Source: Candidatus Kaiserbacteria bacterium (lineage in GTDB: Bacteria; Patescibacteriota; Minisyncoccia; Phycocordibacterales; UBA2100). Taken from it: a DNA stretch of 64,000 nucleotides. The notes beneath the pieces were generated by a model. That model did not search any database and was not told the origin of the DNA. It saw only the letters and a list, made by a program, of their open reading frames with translations. This document shows, in pieces, positions 56,712-64,000 of the stretch. A program made the position numbers and the translations under genes. Location: the NCBI GenBank assembly GCA_016217965.1, contig JACRFI010000009.1, forward strand, positions 3,144 through 67,143, in the 5' to 3' direction. Every line of letters starts with the position of its first letter. Within the stretch, counting starts at the first letter, position 1.

Positions 56712-57359
56712 CTACTTCCTTGCCACCGCGATAAGTTTCGCCCGCATCCATTCGAACGGGAGCGTTCGGGGAGATTCCTGAAAGTACGAATATTGTACAG
56801 ACGCCCAAGGAACTGTTCCGAGAAGTTTCTTAAGCGAACGCGAGCTGTAAAGCCATCTTGCAGTATTATCGTATTTAAAGCGGCGGCCCTTGAAGCGCGC
56901 TGCGAGATAAGAGAACCACACATAGAGTTTGTTAGGCGTAAGTATCATGAGGCTTCCGCCGGGCTTTAATATCCGGAATGCTTCACCTATGCCAGATATT
57001 CCATCTTCGAAGTGCGCGATGACATGCAAGCAAAATATTTTGTCGAACGAATCGTCTTCAAATGGCATAGAGGTCATGGAACAACGAACGAAGCTCCCTC
57101 GAATATACTTGCGAGCCTCGTCGGTCACGTCACTGGAAACCATATCAACACTCGGCTCAAGAGCTGTGAGCAGCTGCTCCAGGCGCCCCTTTCCACATCC
57201 TATGTCCAGAATCCTGTCCCCTTTTTTCGGGGACATGAGACGCAAAATGAGCGCGTGTTCTTCTTGTAAGCGATCGTGCAACTCGTGACTATCGCGTTTC
57301 AGGACTTCAAAATACGCTGGACCGAATTGCTCATTCTGCCCCCCCAACTTCTCGCTCAT
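56712..57359 (-). CDS. Class I SAM-dependent methyltransferase
   Basis: ILDIGCGKGR, Methyltransf_11-like. Confidence 0.7.
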   Translation of the reverse strand: MSEKLGGQNEQFGPAYFEVLKRDSHELHDRLQEEHALILRLMSPKKGDRILDIGCGKGRLEQLLTALEPSVDMVSSDVTDEARKYIRGSFVRCSMTSMPFEDDSFDKIFCLHVIAHFEDGISGIGEAFRILKPGGSLMILTPNKLYVWFSYLAARFKGRRFKYDNTARWLYSSRSLKKLLGTVPWASVQYSYFQESPRTLPFEWMRAKLIAVARK

Positions 57360-58363
57360 ACAATATGCGCGTTTGCGTGTACACGCACCTGTGGATTAGC
57401 CTTGAACCATTCCACGGTTTCCGACAACTTCTCTTCGAGCGTACACTTTGGTTTCCAGCCAAAACCTCGAAGCTTTGAGGAATCAACTGCGTACTTCTGA
57501 TCATGGGCAGGCCTATCCTCAACATGCGTGGTAAGAGACAGAGGCTTCCCGAGTATTTTGAGAATATTCTCAGCAATATATTTGTTCGAATACTCCTTCT
57601 GCTGCGATACGTTATACACATCACCAACGGTGCCCTTTTCAAGGACCGCGAGAATCGCTTCCGAGTGGTCATCAACATACAGCCAGTCGCGCATATTTTC
57701 TCCCGTGCCATACAGAGGAAGAGGCTCATTATTCAAAGCGCACATCGTAAAGAAAGGAATGAGCTTTTCAGGGAACTGCCGAGGCCCGTAATTATTGACA
57801 GAGTGAGTGACAATGACCGGCAGCTTGTGTGTTTTTGCATACGAACGAACCAAGAGATCTCCTGCAGCCTTTGACGCCGCATAGGGCGAATTCGGGCGAA
57901 ATGGCGAATCTTCTGTGAAGCGCTCCTTCGAATCGAGCGGGAGATCTCCCCACACCTCGTCTGTCGATATATGCACCATTCGGCTGACATGCGGGCTCTG
58001 ACGAAGCGCCTCGAGAAGCGAGTAGACGCCAACAACATTCGTGTGTATGAAAGGGGCAGCGCCTTCGTGTATTGACCTGTCGACATGCGTCTCAGCCGCA
58101 AAATTCACTACCGCATCTGCATCGCGCATCTGCTCTAACATAAGCGGCGTATCAGAGATATCCCCTTTTACGAACACGTATCTCGCCTCATCAACTCCAT
58201 CAAGGTTACGAGGATTCCCCGCGTATGTAAGCGCGTCCACATTGGCAACACGCACATCAGGAAAACGTTCAAGGAGCATCCGGATGAAATTAGAGCCCAT
58301 GAACCCACAGCCGCCCGTGACGACGATCTTTTTATTCCGGAGAGTGAATGTTCCTTGGTCCAT
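57356..58363 (-). CDS. rmlB: dTDP-glucose 4,6-dehydratase (RmlB)
   Basis: VVTGGCGFMGSN, HISTDEVWG, YAASKAAGD. Confidence 0.92.
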   Translation of the reverse strand: MDQGTFTLRNKKIVVTGGCGFMGSNFIRMLLERFPDVRVANVDALTYAGNPRNLDGVDEARYVFVKGDISDTPLMLEQMRDADAVVNFAAETHVDRSIHEGAAPFIHTNVVGVYSLLEALRQSPHVSRMVHISTDEVWGDLPLDSKERFTEDSPFRPNSPYAASKAAGDLLVRSYAKTHKLPVIVTHSVNNYGPRQFPEKLIPFFTMCALNNEPLPLYGTGENMRDWLYVDDHSEAILAVLEKGTVGDVYNVSQQKEYSNKYIAENILKILGKPLSLTTHVEDRPAHDQKYAVDSSKLRGFGWKPKCTLEEKLSETVEWFKANPQVRVHANAHIV

Positions 58364-58396
58364 ACAGAGTAGAGTTCGCAGAGAGATTACAACATT

Positions 58397-59185
58397 CTAT
58401 ATCGGTTTCTTTTCCAAAACGACCATAACGGTACGCAGGATCGCGCTGTGATGAATCCCAAAAGCCGCAAGAAGCCATTTGGCATAGTGTCGAAATCCTG
58501 AACCTGCGTCTTCATACAGAACGCGAAAACCTGCTTTGCGCGCCATCCGCTTCATCTTCCAGAAACTGATGAAGTGCAAGTTAATTTCCTCAATGGTATT
58601 TTGATGCCACGCCGCGCGCAGCAACACTGCAGCAAGCGATCGAGGCATGTAGCTAAGGCCCCAAACACCAGTGTGTGTCTCTTTTGGTGCAAGCCGGTTC
58701 GGAAACGCTAGGTAGAACCTTCCTCCCTCCTTCAGGACACGCGCAGCCTCGCGGAGCATGAGACCAGGATCCGAAACATGTTCCAGAACGCTTACAGAGA
58801 ATGCGTAATCAAACGATCCGCTTGCGTGGGGAAAAATGCCGCCGTCGTAGAGGCGAAGATCGATCTTGGCGCGCGCATTCTTAGCATTCTGGACCGCAAT
58901 CCGCCAAAGGACCTCATTAACCTCAAGCCCAGAAGCTAGGGCACCCGCCTCTCCGAACGCAACCGCATACAAGCCATTTCCGAAACCGATGTCCAGAACT
59001 GATTTACCGCCTACCGGTCCGGCACGTTTTTCGAAATCATTCACAACATTCTTCGCAACACCCCCCTTCTTTTCCCAATCCCGTACTAATTTCTCATGCT
59101 CGTAGACATCCGTGTATTCCGTACATTCAGCCAAGTACTGTTCAGCCTGTTTCCGAACCTGCTCTGCAGAAATTCCTTGATTCAT
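58397..59185 (-). CDS. Class I SAM-dependent methyltransferase
   Basis: VLDIGFGNGL, ...VLEHV. Confidence 0.7.
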   Translation of the reverse strand: MNQGISAEQVRKQAEQYLAECTEYTDVYEHEKLVRDWEKKGGVAKNVVNDFEKRAGPVGGKSVLDIGFGNGLYAVAFGEAGALASGLEVNEVLWRIAVQNAKNARAKIDLRLYDGGIFPHASGSFDYAFSVSVLEHVSDPGLMLREAARVLKEGGRFYLAFPNRLAPKETHTGVWGLSYMPRSLAAVLLRAAWHQNTIEEINLHFISFWKMKRMARKAGFRVLYEDAGSGFRHYAKWLLAAFGIHHSAILRTVMVVLEKKPI

Positions 59186-60201
59186 AGGTTCATTTCCTTC
59201 GCGAGAGAGTGAACAAGTGACGGGAGCGAATGGGTGTCCGCCATATGGGATAGTTGCTCAATCAACACTCGACGCTCCCCATCTCTAAGCGATAGCAGTC
59301 CCTTAAGCTTCTCTGCGAGGGTCTCTGCAGAGCCGTCGAAGCTAAGCCGTGCGTCGGCACTCTCCGCAAAATCCTTGCTCGCTGCAAGAACGAGGCACCC
59401 GCACGCTGCCGCCTCAAAGATGGTTTTGTTATACATCCCGCTCTCTGACAGGTCGACGAATATCTCATATTCGCTAAAAACGCTTGGGGCCGCAGCGTGC
59501 GGGACGCCTTCAAAAAATCGCGCGTTTTCAAGCGAGTAGCTATCGGCCTGTACTGATGCCTTGTACGCCGCATCGCGCGCCAAGGCAGAGCCAAAGAACG
59601 TAACCGAACATGGAATATTCTGCGCATGCAACATGCGAACAGCGGAAACTAACACATCAGGCCTCTTCGATGGCGCAAATCTCCCAAAAAAAAGTAGAGA
59701 ACCTGGGACACGTCTGATTTCCCGGAGAGGCTGGAATAGCGCAGTATCGATACCGATGGGCATCAACACTGTCTTTTTATATTTTGCAGTGTATGAGAAT
59801 TTCGACGTGCAAAATACTTTCTCGCAAAAAAACGCCGCGATGTCGGTTGCGAGACTGCCTTCATAGTGGTTTCGCCAGAGATACACTTTTTTTCCAAGAA
59901 GCTTCCATAGCCATCCGGCTAAGAGCGCATATTCCTCGTTCATATGCACAAACACGGCATCGTATTCACGTCGCAATTTCCATACGTGCAGTAAAAAACG
60001 GATGGAGTAGCGTAGCCGCCCTTGCGAGCCACGTTCCTTGCCAAGCGAGTGCACCTGGCTTTTCAGATCATACTGCCCTACTTGGAGGGCAATGATATTC
60101 ATAGTGCCGAATGTTTTTTCGAATGCCTTAAGCCACCCGACAAAAAAACCGAGCACTAAATCTTCGGTATCCACTGACTGAGTGCAAACCAGGAGCTTCA
60201 T
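59182..60201 (-). CDS. GT4-like (GT-B) glycosyltransferase
   Basis: C-terminal EYEIFVDLSESGMYNKTIFEAAACGCLV. ATGA overlap with the upstream gene. Confidence 0.6.
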   Translation of the reverse strand: MKLLVCTQSVDTEDLVLGFFVGWLKAFEKTFGTMNIIALQVGQYDLKSQVHSLGKERGSQGRLRYSIRFLLHVWKLRREYDAVFVHMNEEYALLAGWLWKLLGKKVYLWRNHYEGSLATDIAAFFCEKVFCTSKFSYTAKYKKTVLMPIGIDTALFQPLREIRRVPGSLLFFGRFAPSKRPDVLVSAVRMLHAQNIPCSVTFFGSALARDAAYKASVQADSYSLENARFFEGVPHAAAPSVFSEYEIFVDLSESGMYNKTIFEAAACGCLVLAASKDFAESADARLSFDGSAETLAEKLKGLLSLRDGERRVLIEQLSHMADTHSLPSLVHSLAKEMNL

Positions 60202-60202
60202 G

Positions 60203-62164
60203 TCACGATAGAAGGAGATCGCGCGCCTCTTCCGGCTTGTCGCCATATACCCCCTTCACAAGGTCCATATCTTTTTCACTGGAGAGAAGAAGGTCGAGAT
60301 TTTTCGCAGCAGCGGCATCGAGGAATTTTGCGCCGTATTCGTCTTGGAGAAGATCGGCATACAAGCGGCGAGTAACTTCAAAATCCTTGATGAAGCAATG
60401 TCCGCCTGCGCCGCGGCCCGGCTTGCCACCATGGCCGCTCTGATGCACAGGATCAAGGTGCGACCGGCCGATGCGCGGGTCGCCAGCAAGCGCGTCGCGG
60501 ATTATTTCGTAGCGTGCGCCACTTTTTTTAGCGAGATCATGCAGAAGATTGATGTACACAACTTTCACATACAGCCAGCTGTTGCCCGCATATTTAATGA
60601 GTTCGGCTTCAAGCGCGCTGCACACGAGCTCAAATGGCGCCGACGGTAATATCGCGAGCACCTGTTTTGCTCGTCTTTGCATTTCCTCAGTATCTTCCGG
60701 AATGCCGGCTATATTCCTATCGGGATGGCTGGCATCGTATGCGGCAGTTGCTTCGCGCAAGAATTCTGGCGAGTGCATAACAAAAATATCCGGATTTTCT
60801 TTCTGAAGTTGTTCAGTCGTGCCAGGAAGTAGCGTCGATTTTATGACCGCAGTCTTTCCTTTGCCGACAAGCCGAAGTGCACTTTTTACTATCGAAACGT
60901 CAAAACCTTCCGGCGTCGTAGGCGTAGGAACAGCGATGAACACAATATCGCAGCCCTGTATCTTGTCTTTGTTCTGCCGATACGGCTCTTCGAGCGCATA
61001 CCGAACGACCGTGAATCCGCGCCGCTCAAAATCATCTGCATAATTCTTGCCAATCCACCCTTGTCCCACATATCCGATAGTCGGCCTGTCTTCTTTTTTT
61101 GCAGGCGCGAAAGGCGCAGTGCCAAGCGCCGACCCAATTTCCGCGCGCCACATATCCCGATACTCAGTCTCCGTCGGAAGTGGAAATGATAATTTCCCTT
61201 TCTTTCCCTCGGAAAGTACCGCCGCGACGGTACGTGGAAATTCGGTTTTGTCAGCTATCAACGCGCCAGCTTCCTTCGCCACACCAACATCATAGGAAAC
61301 AACTGCGCACCCCGCGGCAAGCGCCTCGACGATGACCATCCCGTATCCTTCGAAATCCGAGGTAACAAGAAGTACATCTGCCGATTTGTAATACGAATTC
61401 GGATTGTGAGAACCAGCAAAAACAACCCATTGTGTGAGGCCAAGTTTCTCCACAAGCAATTCAAGTTTTTTTCTCTCACTCCCGTCTCCCAGGATAACGA
61501 GGCCGGTTTCCGCCCGTACCTTCTGTACCTCTGGAAGTGCACGAATCGCTGCGGCAACATTCTTCTCCGGCTCGAGCCGTGCGACAACAAGCGCAATTTT
61601 CTTGAACTTCGGGTACTGATGCTTAAGATCGGCTGGTTGCGCTGCTTTCAAGGCATCCAAGTCAACAAACACCGGAAGCACTGATACGCGAGTTTTAATG
61701 CCACGCTTTTCCATCGAGAGTTTTATTTTTTCTGAAACAACGCGGATAGCATCTGCGCGAGAAATAAGAAAACGTGCGAGAAGAACGCGAAGCCTGTTCG
61801 CAAACGAATGCCGCCTGAAATTGGCATCAAACAGATCGGTATGCACCTGGAGATGCAACCTCGCCCCTCGTACACGAGCAATGATGTATCCGAGAAGCCC
61901 TATGAGGAACGGGTCCTGCGCAGAGACAACATCGGGACGCGGGATCCGAACGGCTCGCGGAAGCATCCTCAGAGTTCCTCTGATCTGTCCCGGCCCAAAG
62001 CCGCGCATCGTGGCGTTCCCCGCGAGGTTCACTATTTGGTTCGGCCCATGGGGCACGAACACATCAAGCCGCTCCACAGTGGATGCTTGCATGCGCATTC
62101 GGCGTGCAACCGCGCTGTCTTCATTGAAGACGTTCCAATCAGTGGAAATGCTAAGGACCCGCAT
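60203..62164 (-). CDS. Fusion: N-terminal GT4 glycosyltransferase + C-terminal UDP-glucose/nucleotide-sugar 6-dehydrogenase-like NAD-binding and catalytic domains (no C-terminal UDP-binding domain)
   Basis: GT4 EX7E SDFEGYGMVIVEALAAGCAVVS. Then IGYVGQGWIG, IVFIAVPTP, SPEFLREATA and the catalytic-Cys motif GGHCFIKD. A7 tract exactly at the inter-domain linker (61094-61100). Confidence 0.65.
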   Translation of the reverse strand: MRVLSISTDWNVFNEDSAVARRMRMQASTVERLDVFVPHGPNQIVNLAGNATMRGFGPGQIRGTLRMLPRAVRIPRPDVVSAQDPFLIGLLGYIIARVRGARLHLQVHTDLFDANFRRHSFANRLRVLLARFLISRADAIRVVSEKIKLSMEKRGIKTRVSVLPVFVDLDALKAAQPADLKHQYPKFKKIALVVARLEPEKNVAAAIRALPEVQKVRAETGLVILGDGSERKKLELLVEKLGLTQWVVFAGSHNPNSYYKSADVLLVTSDFEGYGMVIVEALAAGCAVVSYDVGVAKEAGALIADKTEFPRTVAAVLSEGKKGKLSFPLPTETEYRDMWRAEIGSALGTAPFAPAKKEDRPTIGYVGQGWIGKNYADDFERRGFTVVRYALEEPYRQNKDKIQGCDIVFIAVPTPTTPEGFDVSIVKSALRLVGKGKTAVIKSTLLPGTTEQLQKENPDIFVMHSPEFLREATAAYDASHPDRNIAGIPEDTEEMQRRAKQVLAILPSAPFELVCSALEAELIKYAGNSWLYVKVVYINLLHDLAKKSGARYEIIRDALAGDPRIGRSHLDPVHQSGHGGKPGRGAGGHCFIKDFEVTRRLYADLLQDEYGAKFLDAAAAKNLDLLLSSEKDMDLVKGVYGDKPEEARDLLLS

Positions 62165-62200
62165 GAGTTTTGCCCACTGTACGCGGTTTTAGACCGTTTC

Positions 62201-62338
62201 TCAACCCCGTTAGAAATAGCCCGCCCAAGCCCTCTAGGGCGCGCTTGCCCCGTTAGAAGCTTTGCGGTTAGAAGAATGTGTCCAGCGTTGGTTTGGCTTC
62301 TAACGGGGCTTGCGCGCGGGCGCGATTTCTAACGGGGT
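62201..62338. repeat. Nested palindrome built from four copies of CCCCGTTAGAA (two direct, two inverted)
   Basis: Outer arms 62201-62215 / 62325-62338 (14 bp), inner arms 62245-62257 / 62297-62309 (13 bp). The right outer arm overlaps the stop of the GT4 gene at 62338. Confidence 0.75.
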
Positions 62339-63465
62339 CAATGCGCCGTAAATTTCCTGAAGAGCGCCATATGTTCTTGCAACACGGCGTCCCAACTATG
62401 CTCGAACCTGACTTTTCGGCACTTCGCAACGAATTCCCCATACCGTTTCTCGTCGGCAAGCATTTCCAGCTTCGATGCAATATCCTCAACGGAGCGCGGA
62501 TCAAGCATCTCCGGCAACTGATCCTTGATAGGAAGAAAATTCTCCTTCGTCACGAGGACAGGTACGCCGAGCGCAAGTGCTTCAGTAACCTGATTGGGAG
62601 AAATATCACTCCAGCTCGGCAAGACAAGAGCGCGGCAATTTTTTATTCTCTCGCATAACTCTTCCTGCCGCATCGTGGGAAGCATGGTCACTTCTCCAAC
62701 TATTCTCAGCTCTTGCATTGCATTGCGAATGCGGTGCTCTTCAGGGCCGCTACCGATGAGAACGAGGCGGTATGAGTCCGGCAGTTGCGCCTTCGCAAAT
62801 GCCCACACCAAGGACGTCACATTTTTCATAGCAACGAAACGCCCCGCGAATAGTATCTCCTCGCTCGCCTTCCCTCTGCTCACGGTAGATATTTTTGGCA
62901 AAGGATTATAGATGACAGAGGTCTTTCTGGGATCAAGACTGTAATATTGGTGATACATCTTCTGCTGCGCATCACTATTGAATACGACATGAGCCCGCCT
63001 GAGTACGAAACGGATGACTCGGTATAACATTCGGAAATTTCTATCTAACTTCTTTTCGTAAAAATCCGTAAGGGGCATCGGGTCGTTCGTGTTCTCCAAA
63101 TAACGCTCCCAGATATAATCGCCGCCAACACGGATGATAATGGGTGTTGGTTTCAGCATTGCCGCTAGCACAACGGGAAACCCCGCGGCAATCCAGTCCA
63201 GGCTATAGATCAGATCCGCATTTCCTATCTCTTTCCGAACCGCTCGAAAAAACGTGAGGTAATTTGCTATGCGGCTTCCCTTTCGAACGACGCGAACAAG
63301 TTTGAACGAATACTTGGAATCAAAATCGTATCTATCTTTATGCGAGTACGTAATGACAGTTACATCATGCCCCGCACCGACAAGCATCGATGCGATCTTC
63401 GGCGTGTAAATAGCGGGACCTCCTGCTTCGGGTTCGAAGATGCCTGTCGTTATCAGAATGTGCAT
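62338..63465 (-). CDS. GT4 glycosyltransferase
   Basis: GT-B fold, EX7E (SWSDISPNQVTEALALGVPVLV). Confidence 0.8.
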   Translation of the reverse strand: MHILITTGIFEPEAGGPAIYTPKIASMLVGAGHDVTVITYSHKDRYDFDSKYSFKLVRVVRKGSRIANYLTFFRAVRKEIGNADLIYSLDWIAAGFPVVLAAMLKPTPIIIRVGGDYIWERYLENTNDPMPLTDFYEKKLDRNFRMLYRVIRFVLRRAHVVFNSDAQQKMYHQYYSLDPRKTSVIYNPLPKISTVSRGKASEEILFAGRFVAMKNVTSLVWAFAKAQLPDSYRLVLIGSGPEEHRIRNAMQELRIVGEVTMLPTMRQEELCERIKNCRALVLPSWSDISPNQVTEALALGVPVLVTKENFLPIKDQLPEMLDPRSVEDIASKLEMLADEKRYGEFVAKCRKVRFEHSWDAVLQEHMALFRKFTAH

Positions 63466-63705
63466 GCGAGAACTGTATCAGATATGTCTCCAAATCGACG
63501 AGCCCCAGTTGTCGGGGGCTCGCCAGAAGTTGTCTCACCGCGAGGTGGGACGTGGTTTCTCCCATTTCTTGAGCTCGTCGTCGCATACCTTGAGGAAGGC
63601 AAGGTACGCAGCTGCGTTCTTAAGAAAGAAATACTGCCACAGGTTCATAGGCTTTCACTCCCAGAAAAGCCCCCCACCGCACAAGACACCCGCATTGCTG
63701 TCCCG

Positions 63706-64000
63706 TCAAGCGGGGCGGGTAAATAGTCTGTTGAATACTTTTTCTCGCATCGTTCTCGCAATGATATCCCAATCGTATTTCTCCTCCACCATTTTCTTCG
63801 CAGTTGCGACCACAGCGCGAACTTTTTCTGGTCGAGACATCACTTCGCGTATCGCAAACGCAATTTGCTCGGGTGAATCCTTGTCCACCGCCCACCCGGT
63901 TATCGGCTTATCAGGATCCTTTCTTTCATCAAAAAGAAAATCCGCAATGCCGCCCTCTTGTGTGGCAATGACCGGAAGCCCCGCCGCCATCGCCTCGACG
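63706..64000 (-). CDS. GT4 glycosyltransferase, C-terminal fragment (gene continues beyond window end)
   Basis: MAAGLPVIATQEGGIADF... C-terminal GT4 region. The ORF is open to the window edge. Confidence 0.6.
   Translation of the reverse strand, partial: VEAMAAGLPVIATQEGGIADFLFDERKDPDKPITGWAVDKDSPEQIAFAIREVMSRPEKVRAVVATAKKMVEEKYDWDIIARTMREKVFNRLFTRPA

Noticed and set aside
63466-63705. Intergenic 240 bp near the right end with small hairpins (GAGCCCC...GGGGCTC) and short ORFs (63340-63726 +, 63365-63586 -, 63620-63895 -).
   Set aside because: There is no U-tract after the hairpins and no motif support for the ORFs. It is probably just the 3' UTR/promoter region between two GT4 genes.
1-64000. 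CRISPR arrays, rRNA genes, and toxin-antitoxin or restriction-modification/defence genes.
   Set aside because: I see no direct repeats with regular spacers of CRISPR type. I recognise no nuclease, helicase, RM, Cas or TA-like domains in any ORF. The three N-terminally unremarkable methyltransferases look like small-molecule/sugar MTs sitting inside glycan operons, not DNA MTs.

Overview
The window is a gene-dense segment of a bacterial chromosome (roughly 55% GC, many genes with overlapping start/stop codons, several TTG/GTG starts), possibly from a compact CPR-like genome. Apart from secA at the left end, it is almost entirely a giant surface-glycan biosynthesis and export island. The island contains at least five separate activated-sugar pathways. 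(1) An overlapping nonulosonic-acid (sialic-acid-like) operon: PseB-like 4,6-dehydratase, DegT aminotransferase, a formyltransferase where an N-acetyltransferase is expected, NeuC-like hydrolysing 2-epimerase, NeuB synthase, an SDR, and a CMP-transferase. (2) A second, B. subtilis sps-like cassette (CTP_transf_3 cytidylyltransferase, aminotransferase, oxidoreductase) that ends in an unusual fusion of a UDP-galactopyranose-mutase-like flavoprotein to a second NeuB-like synthase. (3) A GDP-heptose to 6-deoxyheptose route (GmhA, HddA-like kinase, GmhB, Gmd-like dehydratase, Fcl-like epimerase/reductase) plus an unusual cytidylyltransferase-cupin fusion. (4) A dTDP branched-chain deoxysugar cassette (C-methyltransferase, RmlC-like, 4-reductase) located about 45 kb from rmlA/rmlB, with a second C-methyltransferase paralog in the heptose operon. 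(5) CDP-glucose synthesis (rfbF plus an epimerase) feeding a GtrA/GT2/GT-C periplasmic glycosylation trio. Around these sit about 14 glycosyltransferases, four large polytopic GT-C/ligase-like membrane proteins, five SAM methyltransferases, three DegT aminotransferases, two KpsS/KpsC-like (Capsule_synth) paralogs next to an ABC exporter, and a GT4/UDP-glucose-dehydrogenase-like fusion. The left end carries a REP-associated tyrosine transposase (RayT) flanked by a 23-bp palindrome, with a third copy embedded in the upstream Ser/Thr-rich ORF. Non-coding highlights are a ~130-nt nested stem-loop abutting the secA start codon, an atypically long AT-rich intergenic region with several hairpins and candidate terminators, an identical 43-bp hairpin repeat in two distant operons, a 22-bp inverted repeat structure between convergent genes, and a nested palindrome built from four copies of CCCCGTTAGAA. 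I found no CRISPR, rRNA, tRNA or obvious defence genes. All functional calls come from remembered family motifs, not database searches.
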